A DNA stretch of 63,760 bases, the filler included, from Actinomycetota bacterium (lineage in GTDB: Bacteria > Actinomycetota > CADDZG01 > JAHWKV01 > JAOPZY01), in NCBI GenBank assembly GCA_025963875.1. It is 5 parts of 5 records of this genome, joined end to end, with 100 filler letters (N's around TTAATTAATTAA, not from the genome) between each part and the next. Parts side by side here need not be neighbours in the genome. Positions count along the whole stretch, not along the records: positions 37,495 to 52,861 come from JAOPZY010000239.1; 4 more parts are not named here. The stretch is one strand, 5' to 3'. Shown one piece after another: positions 38,309 through 49,944 of this stretch. Positions within the stretch are counted from its first letter, which is position 1. Every line of letters starts with the position of its first letter. The notes under the pieces are model-generated. The model was given only the letters and a program-made list of their open reading frames with translations, was not told the DNA's origin and searched no databases. A program made the translations under genes and the position numbers.

Positions 38309-41300
38309 ATGCCAAACCGACTGCAGCACGAGACCAGCCCGTATCTGCTTCAGCACGCCTCGAACCCGGTGGACTGGTACCCCTGGGGAGACGAGGCGTG
38401 GGCGAGGGCGGTGGCCGAGGACAAGCCCGTGCTGGTCTCCATCGGCTATGCCAGCTGCCACTGGTGCCACGTCATGGAACGGGAGTCATTTGCCGACCCC
38501 GAGATCGCCGGGCTGCTCAACAAGCACTTCGTCTCGATCAAGGTGGACCGTGAGGAACGGCCCGACCTCGACGCCCTCTACATCGAGGCCCTCCAGACCC
38601 TTACGGGGTCGGCCGGGTGGCCCCTCACCCTCTTCCTCACCCCCGAGCGCAAGCTCTTCTTCGGCGGGACGTACTTCCCACCGACCGCGCGCGACGAGCT
38701 GCCGTCCTTCCGGGCGGTTATCGAGTCGGTCACCGATGAGTGGAGGGACAGCCGGCGCGATCTCGAGCGCCAGGCGGACGGCGTGCTGCGCGAGATGCGG
38801 GAGCGGGACACGACCCTGCCGGAGCGCCAGGCCCTCAGCGCGGAGCTGCTCGACCAGGGGATCATCCGCATCCTGTCCACGGCCGACCAGGTCCACGGCG
38901 GCTTCGGCGAGCCACCGAAGTTCCCCCAGCCCTGGCTGGTCGAGCTCATGCTGCGGGCCTCGGCCCGGGGGCCAGGCGGGGCGCACGGCGTCGCCGACCT
39001 GACGCTCCGGCGGATGGCCCGCGGTGGGATCTACGACCAACTCGGCGGCGGCTTCCACCGCTACGCGGTCGACGGCGCCTGGCGGGTGCCCCACTTCGAG
39101 AAGATGCTGTACGACAACGCTCTCCTCGCCCGCCTCTACACCCACGCCTGGCAGGCGCGCCACGACCCGCTCTTCCAACGGATCGCGGTCGAGACGCTGG
39201 AGTACCTCGTGCGGGATCTCGGCGCCGCCGAGGGCGGCTTCTTCGCCGGGCAGGACTCCGAGTCCGACGGCGTCGAAGGGGCCTACTACCTGTGGAGCCA
39301 CGACGAGTTCACCGGGGTGGCGCCGGATGCGGCCGCCTGGTTCGGGGTGGCGCCCGAGGGCAACGACGAGGGCGGCCTGAACATCCTCATCGCAGCCGGG
39401 GACGCACCGCCGGCGGCACAGCGGGCCGCGCTCGCAGCGGCCCGGTCGAAGCGGGTGCGGCCCGGCCGGGACGAGAAGGTGCTCACGTCGTGGAACGGTC
39501 TCGCCATCGCCGCCCTGGCCGAGGCGGGGGCCGTCTTCGAGCGGCCGGATTTCGTCGAGGCCGCCAGGCGCGCCGCAGGCTTCCTGCTGGATCACGTCGT
39601 GACCAGGGGAGGCGGACTGGCGCACGCATGGCAGGCCGGCGCCGCCAGGGGGACCGGGCTCGCCGAAGACTACGTCTACCTGGCGGACGGATTGGTCACG
39701 CTGTGGGAGGCCACCTTCGAGCCCACCTGGGCGGAGGCGGCGCAGCGTCTCGCCGGCAAGCTGCTGGAGCTGTTCTGGGACCCCGACGGCGGCGGGCTGT
39801 TCTCGACCAGCGAGGAGGGCGAACAGTTGGTCGTCCGGCGCAAGGACCTCGTCGACTCGATCACCCCCTCCTCGAACGGGGTCGCAGCCCTGCTGTTCCA
39901 GCGCCTGGGCGTGCTGGTTGGGGACGAGGAGCTCATCAAGCGGGGCGTCGAGATCCTGGAGGCGGCTCAGCCCGTGATGCAGGCGGTCCCGCAGGAGTCG
40001 GGGACCCTCTTCGCCGCCCTGGATTTCCATCTGTCCGGCGCCAAGGAGATCGCCGTGATCGGCGACCCTGCAGCCGCCGGGACCGCGGCGCTGCTCCGTG
40101 AGGTGTGGAACCGGTACCTCCCCAACCGCGTGCTGGCGGGCGGGCCGGGGGCCGCCGGTGGAACCACACTTCTGTCGCCGCTCTTGGCCGGCCGGACCGA
40201 GGTCAACGACATGCCCACCGGCTTCGTCTGCGAGCACGCCACCTGCAAGCGGCCCGTGAACGACCCCGCCGAGTTCGCCCGCCAGCTGCGGGTTCCCGGC
40301 CCGCCGGCCTCGGAGACCGTCAACCGTGCGGCACAGCTCGCCCGCTTCACGCTGCACCGCATGTCTCTCTTCGACCTGCTGGACAACCCGCTGTGGATCG
40401 ACCCGCTCAAGGAACGGGGCTTCTTCTCGACGCCACCCGCCCCCATCGACCAGTACGTGCCGGGGGCCATGGGCGCCCCGCCGTGGCCCGACTCGAAGTA
40501 CCTGGCACGGATGGCGGGCGTCGACCCCTTCGCCGTACACCGGGTGGCCATGGAGATCCCGGAGACCGACAACTCGCTGGTCCACGAGGACCTTGCCGAC
40601 GCTGCCCTGGCGCTGCCGCCCGACCTCGCCGCCGACTTCGCCGTCAGGGCCAAGCGGTGGCTCAGCGCATCGCCGTACCACGTGATGCTGCCGAAGAAAC
40701 TCGGCAGCCTGATGTCGAACCTCGCCAGCAAGGGCCACGGCGGCGAGGCCCTCGACCTCGCCCGGTCCCTCCTCGAGCTGCTCCCGGACGAGGGCGGCGA
40801 GGCCCCGGTCGCCACCGACGAAGGTTTCGCCCTCCCGCCGGTCCCCCACGCCCGCTTCGGCAACTGGGACTACGAGCAGATCCTGAAGGAGAACGTCCCC
40901 GACGTCGTCAAGGCCGCCGGCCTGCCCGCCCTCGATCTGCTGTGCGACCTGCTGGGGTCCGCACTCGAGTTCTCTTCTCCCGGGCCGGCTTCTTCTTCGG
41001 CCGACGGCTCGTTCCTCTGGCGCCCCGCAATCGAGGACGACCCCCGCAATCTGGACCGTTCGTTGCGAAACTCCCTGGTCTCGGCGGTACGGGATGCTGC
41101 GACGAGCATCGCCCGGGAGAATCCCGGCATCCTCCCCGACCTGTTCGACCACCTGGCGCGCCGGGAATGGCCGGTCTTCGTGCGCATCGGCCTGCACCTT
41201 GTCCGGCAGTTCCCCGAGGATGCTCCCGGCTTTGCGGCGGCCCGGCTCTCGGAGCGGACCTACCTGACCGACCCGCACTACAGCCGGGAGTACCTCCTCC

Positions 41301-43069
41301 TCGCCCGCCAGCACCTGGCGTCCCTCGCCGACGAGCAGCGCGAGCAGCTCCTGGCGTGGGTGAACGAGGGGCCGGACCTCGCACGATGGGACCCGGTCCC
41401 GAACCGTTGGGACAGCGATCCCGAGGACCGGATCGATGCGGAAGAGTTCGCCCACGCCTGGACCGCTTCGCGCATCGCCCTCCTCACCAACGTCGAGGGG
41501 GTCTCGCTCGACGCTGCGTTCGCCTTCCCGCTGCAGGATCCCCCCGTCGACCTGACCACGCCGAAGCAGGCCGAGTGGTTGCGGACCTCGGAGCCCGCGA
41601 GCATCGTGCGATTCGCCAGGACGTGGCGGGCGCCGGGGATGATCGGCGCCCCGACGGCCGCCGGGCTCTGCAAGAAGCTCGTCGAGGTCATCACCACCGA
41701 GCCCGGGCGATTCGCCTCGGAGGCCCCGGCGTTCGCCGGCCTCCCGGACGACGAGCTCCGAGCCGTGATCATCGGCCTGCGGGAGGCGACCAAGCAGGGC
41801 GTCGTCACGTTTGACTGGGGGCCGGTGCTGGATCTGCTGCGCGTCGCGGCCACCCGATCGGAGTCTTCCGACGAGTCGGGCCGGGCGCTGCGCATCAGCG
41901 TGGCCCGTCTGCTTGCGACCGGCTTTGCCAACGGAGCCGGCGAGATCCCAAGCTCGGCTCGCAGCCAGGTATGGGACATCGTCCGGCCGATCGCCATGCC
42001 CGAGGCGGCCGGCTCCGGGGATCCAGAGGGCACCGGCCAGGTGCGGCGCAGCGTCGCTGCCGACGGCTTGCAGGCTGTCGTGCGCTACGCCCTGTGGGTG
42101 CGGCGCCAGATCGAGGGCCAGCCCGGCGGCCGGCAGCTCGCCCGAACCGGTTGGGACCAGATGCCCGAGGTCAGAGAGGTCCTGGAGGCGCACCTCGCCC
42201 CAGGGCGGGCGGCAACGCCTGAGGTGCAGGCGGTCTTCGGGCAGTGGTTCCCGTGGCTGCTCATGCTGGATCCTGCCTGGGCGGCCGGCCAGCGGGGGGC
42301 CGTCTTCCCGGCCGAGGCGACGCTGGACCACCTGCGCCAGGCCGCCTGGGACAGCTATCTGGCGGTGTCGCCGGTGTTCGATCAGGTCTTCGAACTGCTG
42401 TCGTCGGACTACGAGCGGGCCGCGTCGAGCATCGTGCCGGACGAGGGCCTGACCCGGCCGCAGCAGGGCCTTGCGGAACACCTCGTTGCCCTCTACCTGC
42501 GGGGACGGGTGCCGCTGGAGGAACCGGACAGCCTGCTGGCCGGCTTCTTCGAGAAGGCATCGTCGTTCCAGCGGGCACACGCCCTCGCGTGGGTGGGCCA
42601 GATGGTGCAGAGCCAGCAGGACCGGATCCCCCACGAGGTCATCCGCCGGCTCCAGGAGCTGTGGGAGAACCGGCTCGCGGTGGCCCAGCAAGCGGACAAT
42701 CCCGATGCCCATGCCGAGGAGCTGGCCCAGTTCGGCACCTGGTTCGCTTCGGGCAAGTTCGACGGCCCGTGGGCGCTCGCCCAGCTGCTGGCGTTGCTGA
42801 ACCTGACGGGCCGGGTTGGCAACACGAGCAAGGTCGTGGACCGCCTCAAGACCTACATGGACACGATGCCCTACGAGGTAGCCCAGTGCATCGCCGTGCT
42901 GGTCGCCAACGAGCGGGGTGCCATCACCATCCTCGGGTGGGGCCAGGACGCCCAGCAGATGCTGGGCCGCATCGTCGGGGGCTCGGATGCCCGGGCCCGG
43001 GACATTGCACTGGACCTGCTCGACACCTTCGACCTGCAGCCGGTCACCGAGCTGATCCGCTGGTCGTAG
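38309..43069 (+). CDS. YyaL/SSP411 (thioredoxin + alpha/alpha barrel) protein fused to a ~925-aa unknown C-terminal region
   Basis: [43 protein letters not shown]; the YyaL part ends near aa 660 but the ORF runs to 1586 aa. Confidence 0.9.
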   Translation: MPNRLQHETSPYLLQHASNPVDWYPWGDEAWARAVAEDKPVLVSIGYASCHWCHVMERESFADPEIAGLLNKHFVSIKVDREERPDLDALYIEALQTLTGSAGWPLTLFLTPERKLFFGGTYFPPTARDELPSFRAVIESVTDEWRDSRRDLERQADGVLREMRERDTTLPERQALSAELLDQGIIRILSTADQVHGGFGEPPKFPQPWLVELMLRASARGPGGAHGVADLTLRRMARGGIYDQLGGGFHRYAVDGAWRVPHFEKMLYDNALLARLYTHAWQARHDPLFQRIAVETLEYLVRDLGAAEGGFFAGQDSESDGVEGAYYLWSHDEFTGVAPDAAAWFGVAPEGNDEGGLNILIAAGDAPPAAQRAALAAARSKRVRPGRDEKVLTSWNGLAIAALAEAGAVFERPDFVEAARRAAGFLLDHVVTRGGGLAHAWQAGAARGTGLAEDYVYLADGLVTLWEATFEPTWAEAAQRLAGKLLELFWDPDGGGLFSTSEEGEQLVVRRKDLVDSITPSSNGVAALLFQRLGVLVGDEELIKRGVEILEAAQPVMQAVPQESGTLFAALDFHLSGAKEIAVIGDPAAAGTAALLREVWNRYLPNRVLAGGPGAAGGTTLLSPLLAGRTEVNDMPTGFVCEHATCKRPVNDPAEFARQLRVPGPPASETVNRAAQLARFTLHRMSLFDLLDNPLWIDPLKERGFFSTPPAPIDQYVPGAMGAPPWPDSKYLARMAGVDPFAVHRVAMEIPETDNSLVHEDLADAALALPPDLAADFAVRAKRWLSASPYHVMLPKKLGSLMSNLASKGHGGEALDLARSLLELLPDEGGEAPVATDEGFALPPVPHARFGNWDYEQILKENVPDVVKAAGLPALDLLCDLLGSALEFSSPGPASSSADGSFLWRPAIEDDPRNLDRSLRNSLVSAVRDAATSIARENPGILPDLFDHLARREWPVFVRIGLHLVRQFPEDAPGFAAARLSERTYLTDPHYSREYLLLARQHLASLADEQREQLLAWVNEGPDLARWDPVPNRWDSDPEDRIDAEEFAHAWTASRIALLTNVEGVSLDAAFAFPLQDPPVDLTTPKQAEWLRTSEPASIVRFARTWRAPGMIGAPTAAGLCKKLVEVITTEPGRFASEAPAFAGLPDDELRAVIIGLREATKQGVVTFDWGPVLDLLRVAATRSESSDESGRALRISVARLLATGFANGAGEIPSSARSQVWDIVRPIAMPEAAGSGDPEGTGQVRRSVAADGLQAVVRYALWVRRQIEGQPGGRQLARTGWDQMPEVREVLEAHLAPGRAATPEVQAVFGQWFPWLLMLDPAWAAGQRGAVFPAEATLDHLRQAAWDSYLAVSPVFDQVFELLSSDYERAASSIVPDEGLTRPQQGLAEHLVALYLRGRVPLEEPDSLLAGFFEKASSFQRAHALAWVGQMVQSQQDRIPHEVIRRLQELWENRLAVAQQADNPDAHAEELAQFGTWFASGKFDGPWALAQLLALLNLTGRVGNTSKVVDRLKTYMDTMPYEVAQCIAVLVANERGAITILGWGQDAQQMLGRIVGGSDARARDIALDLLDTFDLQPVTELIRWS

Positions 43070-43150
43070 GCCGACCGGGGGCTGTGGTGAAGGCCCCAGT
43101 GCCGAGAAGGTTTCCTTACACTCGGCTGCTTGGCTGGTGGCGGGTACGAG

Positions 43151-43199
43151 CTTCTTTGTATGAATAAACATGATAATGATGCTTAATCATACAAAGAAG
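43151..43199. repeat. AT-rich 49-bp imperfect palindrome
   Basis: CTTCTTTGTATGA...TCATACAAAGAAG 13-bp perfect arms. Confidence 0.85.
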
Positions 43200-43339
43200 A
43201 TTCCATGAGGCTTGAGGTTTGGCGTTTTTTCGTTCGCTGCGAACAAATTCCCTCCGAACCTTCCTCGATACTTCTAGCTAGTACTTCCGACAAAGCCGAA
43301 TCTCAGCCATCCCACAGCTTCAACCCGCATAATGTGGCA

Positions 43340-44704
43340 GTGACTGATTCGCTGGACGCGCCGCGCCCCGACCCCGCGGCTGCAGGAGACCCACCCCTGA
43401 CCCCCCCGCCCCCCGAAGGGTCCGCCGCGCCCTCCGTCGACGATCCAGGGAAGTCAGGTACCAAATCCGTGCTATCCGCGGAAAAGGTACCGGACGTCTC
43501 CACGCCGGCCCCAGCGGAACCCGCCGCCGAGAAGGCGGAGGCGCCCCCGGCCCCGGAGGCATCACCGCCTGTGGCCGAAGAGCCGCCGGCAGCCGCTGTC
43601 GCCGAGGCACCCCCAGCCCCAGAGACACCCTCGGTCGAGGAGGCACCGCCGCTCCCGGAGGCACCGCCGCCGCCCGTCCCGAAGCCACCACCGCCAGCCC
43701 CTGTTGCGGAGGAGCCGCCAGCCGTCGCCTCGCCACCCGAGTCGCCAACCCCAGCAGAGGCCCCCGCACCACCGGCGGAACCAGCCGCAGGGGTACCAGG
43801 GGCGGTTGCCGCTTCAGTTCCGGCGGCCCTCGCCGCCGAGGCACCGGCCGCCGCAGAGGCACCGGCCCCGGCCCCGCCAGCCCCGGCTCCCAAGCCAAAA
43901 CCCAAGCCCAAAGCTGCGGCCCCCCCGCCGCCACCACCGCCGCCCAAGAGAGGCTTCGTCAGCAACTTCTTCAGGCCCCCCGGCGGCCCGGTCAAGGTGG
44001 CCCAGCGGGTGGGCATTCTCGTCCTTGGGGTTGTCATCCTCGCCACCATCGGGGTCGCCGGCTCGGCGGTCATCGGTGGTAGCTCCAAGGGCCCCGCCAA
44101 CCCGAGTCCGACCGTCTCCCAGACCTCACCCTCGGCCTCGCCCAGCGGGCCCAGCTTCATCACCGTCCAAGATCCCGTCAACCAGTTCAGCATCTCCCGG
44201 CCAGACGGCTGGGTGGCGCGGGGCCTCGTCTCGCCCGACCCCAACATCGCCATGATCGTCGGCCCCGACGCCCCCTACCCCAACGCCGACTTCGTCGCCG
44301 TCACAATCCACAAGCTGCCGTTCCCGCTGTCCAACAAGGACCTGCAGCCCTTCAAAGACTTCATCGTGCAGCTCCTCGGCAGCGACATCAACGTCATCAC
44401 GCAGGCGCCGTCTCCGATCATCAACGGCCACGCTGGCGAGTTCCTCACGTGGTCGTATCCGAAGGCGGCCCCCACCACGCTGCACCAGGCCTACTACCTG
44501 ATCGACGGGGATCGCTTCGTCACCATCCTGCTGCAGATCGAGCCGGCGACGGACTCCACCAGCCTGGCCAACCTGGCCCCCGTGTTCCAGTCGATGGCCC
44601 AGAGCTTCAAGAGCTACCACACGACGCCGTCGCCCACGGCAACCGTGACGAGCCCAACCACGTCGACGGGGACGCCGAAACCGGCCACTTCACCCAGCCA
44701 CTAG
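43340..44704 (+). CDS. Pro/Ala/Glu-rich single-TM membrane protein with a PsbP/Mog1-like extracellular domain (tentative)
   Basis: ~200-aa low-complexity N-terminus, TM ILVLGVVILATIGVAG, C-terminal FSISRPDGW...FQSMAQSF; GTG start 6 nt after CATAAT. Confidence 0.7.
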   Translation: MTDSLDAPRPDPAAAGDPPLTPPPPEGSAAPSVDDPGKSGTKSVLSAEKVPDVSTPAPAEPAAEKAEAPPAPEASPPVAEEPPAAAVAEAPPAPETPSVEEAPPLPEAPPPPVPKPPPPAPVAEEPPAVASPPESPTPAEAPAPPAEPAAGVPGAVAASVPAALAAEAPAAAEAPAPAPPAPAPKPKPKPKAAAPPPPPPPPKRGFVSNFFRPPGGPVKVAQRVGILVLGVVILATIGVAGSAVIGGSSKGPANPSPTVSQTSPSASPSGPSFITVQDPVNQFSISRPDGWVARGLVSPDPNIAMIVGPDAPYPNADFVAVTIHKLPFPLSNKDLQPFKDFIVQLLGSDINVITQAPSPIINGHAGEFLTWSYPKAAPTTLHQAYYLIDGDRFVTILLQIEPATDSTSLANLAPVFQSMAQSFKSYHTTPSPTATVTSPTTSTGTPKPATSPSH

Positions 44705-45053
44705 GCCGAGGTGCAGATCACGTCCAGCTTCGCCCCCGCCTCGGGGGTCACGGTGACCGAGCTGTCGGACAGGCAGAGCACCCTGCCGACCGAGGCGCTC
44801 AAGAAGTAGGTGCCGGCCGGCACCAGGATTGTGAAGACGCCGTCGGAGCCGGCCTGGGCCGTGCCCGCCACCGGGCCGTTGACGCTGCCGGAGTGAGCCT
44901 CGACCTTCCCGGCCGTCGGCTGGTCGGGGTCCCCGGCGACGGTGCCGATGGTGACGAGTGTCCCCCGGATCGTGGCGTTGCGCGGCGCTCCGCAGGCCGA
45001 CGCCAGCAGGACCAGGGCCACCGTCCTGGCCCCGAGCCGGGCCCAGGAACCGG

Positions 45054-45057
<4 letters not shown>
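44701..45057 (-). CDS. Small putative lipoprotein (beta-sandwich, carboxypeptidase-regulatory-like)
   Basis: VALVLLASA-C lipobox, GSDGVFTILVPAGTYFL; start uncertain, overlaps the coxL stop. Confidence 0.6.
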
Positions 45058-47397
<2,340 letters not shown>

Positions 47398-47408
<11 letters not shown>

Positions 47409-47976
47409 CACGGCCCCCATGTGCACCCTGAGCACCGTGCGACCCGCCCTGGGAGGGTCCAGGGGCGGCGTTGGCAGCCAGGATGGCGCCCATGCCCGTC
47501 GGGGCAGGGCCCGTCGCCCTCATCTTGTCGGCGGCCCACTGGACCGCCCTCACGATGTTGGCGTACCCGGTGCAGCGGCAGATGTTGCCCGACAGCGCCC
47601 ACCGGATCTCGTCCTCGGTGGGGTCGGGATTGGAGGTCAGCAGGGCGATGGAGGCGAGCACCATGCCCGGCGTACAGAATCCGCACTGGAGGGCGAAGCA
47701 TTCCTTGAAGCCCTCCTGGACCGGGTTGAGGTGCCCATGCGGTGCGAGGCCCTCCACGGTGGTGATCTCGCGGCCGGCCGCCTGGACGGAAAACAGGCCG
47801 CATGACTTCACCGCCATCCCGTCGAGGAGGACGGTGCAGGCGCCGCAGGTCGTGGTGTCGCAGCCGATCTGGGTGCCGGTGAGGCGCAGGAGGTCGCGCA
47901 GGTAGTGGACGAGGAGCAGCCGAGGCTCAACGTCCGCTTCTACCGGCTGGCCGTTGACCCCCAGTGAGATGTGCAT
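47398..47976 (-). CDS. coxS: CO dehydrogenase small subunit (2x[2Fe-2S])
   Basis: [28 protein letters not shown]. Confidence 0.93.
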
Positions 47977-48156
47977 GGTTGGTGGTTCCCCCCTGCAGCG
48001 GACAGGATACGCCTCTCAGCGCCCGAGGAGACCTCTTCGAAGAGAGGCTGGTGACCCCGAATGGGCGTACGCGAGTACTGTGCCTTTTGTCCTTGAGTGG
48101 ACCGTCGTGAGTGGACGCCGTATCATTTAGTACCAGTCTTATAGGAAAAATCGGCC

Positions 48157-48843
48157 ATGCAGGAACTCTTTGTCGGAGTTTCCGAGGTAGCGGAACGCCT
48201 CGGAGTCAGTTCCGACACCGTGACCCGATGGTGCCGTCAGGGGCGAATCCCCGGCATCAAACCGGGCCGCGACTGGAGAGTCCCGGCATCGGTGGCCGAG
48301 GATCTTCTCGCCGGGCGTCCCGCCCGTTTCTGGACGGCGGATCTCGAGCCCCAGCTCGCACGCCTGCACACCTCCGACCACGTCCTGGTCCTGGTACCGG
48401 GGGGCGTGAAGGAGGCGAGAGCCTTCCGGGGCGTCCTCCTCGAGATGGGCAAGGGCACGGCAACGCCCGAGCCGCCGTCGCCTCCCGTCGGCAAGCTGTT
48501 CGCCCAGGCGATGCTGCTGGCCGGGGCCCGGGCGCTGGCCCGGCGCGAGGTCTCCATCGCGGAGTCGCCCCCCGCCTCGCCCTCGGAATGGCTCATCCGA
48601 TGGGTCGGGCGCCTCGGCACGGAAACCCTCGCCACCGAGAGCAGCGTCGCCCGGGCCGCCGAGGATGCCGGCCGGGTGATCTTCTGCCTCCTGCCGCTGT
48701 CGGGCGACCCCGACCTCGTCGAGCACGATCCCGATCTCGCCGGTCTCGTCGAGGCCCACACCCACATCCTCGTCGGCCAGGCGCACGGACGGTCCTGGCT
48801 GGGCAGCGCCCGAGCCGGCGCCCGCCTGGCGGGCGTAAGCTAG
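48157..48843 (+). CDS. Excisionase-type (HTH_17) DNA-binding protein with putative MEDS-like sensory domain
   Basis: VSEVAERLGVSSDTVTRWCRQGRIPGIK.G..WRV; C-terminal DHV...IFCL...AHTHILV pattern. Confidence 0.7.
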   Translation: MQELFVGVSEVAERLGVSSDTVTRWCRQGRIPGIKPGRDWRVPASVAEDLLAGRPARFWTADLEPQLARLHTSDHVLVLVPGGVKEARAFRGVLLEMGKGTATPEPPSPPVGKLFAQAMLLAGARALARREVSIAESPPASPSEWLIRWVGRLGTETLATESSVARAAEDAGRVIFCLLPLSGDPDLVEHDPDLAGLVEAHTHILVGQAHGRSWLGSARAGARLAGVS

Positions 48844-48846
48844 GCC

Positions 48847-49722
48847 GTGTACCCAGGGCGCTTCGCCTATCACCTTCCCGACTCCCTCCACGAGGCAGTC
48901 GGTAACCTCGAGCGCGGCGGCGGTGACGCCCGGGTGCTCGCGGGTGGCCAGAGCCTGATCCGCCTCATGCGGTTCCGGTACGAGTCGCCCAGCCACCTGG
49001 TGGACCTGCGCAACCTCGGCCTGTCGGGCATCGACGAATTCGGTGGCCGGCTCCGGATCGGGGCGACCACCACCGACGCCTTCCTGGAGACCTCGCCCAC
49101 GATCGGCAACAACTACCCGCTGATCGCCGACGTGGCCCGGGTGATCGCCGACCCGCTGGTCCGCAACCTCGCCACCATCGGCGGCTCCGCCGCCTACGCC
49201 CATCCGTCCGGCGACTGGGGCCCGGCCCTCATGGCCGCCCGTGCGACGTTCACGGCCGTCGGCCCCGGTGGCCAGCGGAGCATCCCGGCCGACCAGTTCT
49301 TCGTCGGCAGCTTCTGCACGGCGCTGGGGGCCGCCGAGATCCTGACCGGGATCGAGCTGTCGGGGCTCAGCAACGGTGGCGGGGCCTACATGAAGCTGCA
49401 CCGCAAGATCGGCGATTTCGCCACCGTCGGGGTCGCCGTCCAGCTCACGGTGGATGCGGACGGCAAGGTGAGCGACTGCGGCATCGGCATGTCCGGCGTC
49501 GCCCTGTCGTACGTGCGGGCATCGAAAGCCGAGGAGTACCTCGTCGGCCGAACGCTCGACCGCGACAGCCTCCGCCGGGGATCGGGCATCGCATCCGAGG
49601 AGACCCACCCGGTGAAGGATGCCAGGGGCTCGGCGATCTACAAGCGGGAGATGGTCAAGGTCCTCTGCCGACACGCCCTCGAGACGGCCGCCCAGCGGGC
49701 CGGCGTCGAGCTCGAAGACTGA
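48847..49722 (+). CDS. coxM: CO dehydrogenase medium (FAD) subunit
   Basis: MYPGRFAYH.P, AGGQSL, IADPLVRNLATIGG, RKIGDFA. Confidence 0.92.
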   Translation: MYPGRFAYHLPDSLHEAVGNLERGGGDARVLAGGQSLIRLMRFRYESPSHLVDLRNLGLSGIDEFGGRLRIGATTTDAFLETSPTIGNNYPLIADVARVIADPLVRNLATIGGSAAYAHPSGDWGPALMAARATFTAVGPGGQRSIPADQFFVGSFCTALGAAEILTGIELSGLSNGGGAYMKLHRKIGDFATVGVAVQLTVDADGKVSDCGIGMSGVALSYVRASKAEEYLVGRTLDRDSLRRGSGIASEETHPVKDARGSAIYKREMVKVLCRHALETAAQRAGVELED

Positions 49723-49944
49723 GCCACCGGCCCGCAAAGGTCCGATCTCGCGAGACATTCATCCCGGTCGAATTCGGTTCCCGGGGATGCCACAATGGCG
49801 GGGGGGCGTCGCTGAACCGGAGAGCGGGAGATCCGGCGGTGCAGTCTGGTATTCCGGGGACGGAAGGTTCGGGCTGCAGACCGACGCGCAGGTGCGAAGC
49901 CGCCATCGAATTCCGGGGCTTTGACCTGCTGGAAGGGACAGGCC

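Noticed and set aside
38486..43171. 1561-aa antisense ORF, and similar long shadow ORFs such as 5645-8173, 34390-36936 and 50500-52737
   Set aside because: Mirror frames of real genes caused by high-GC codon bias; no recognisable motifs
48157..48330. Excisionase implying a prophage or ICE
   Set aside because: No integrase or phage genes nearby; the HTH is fused to a sensor-like domain inside a metabolic cluster
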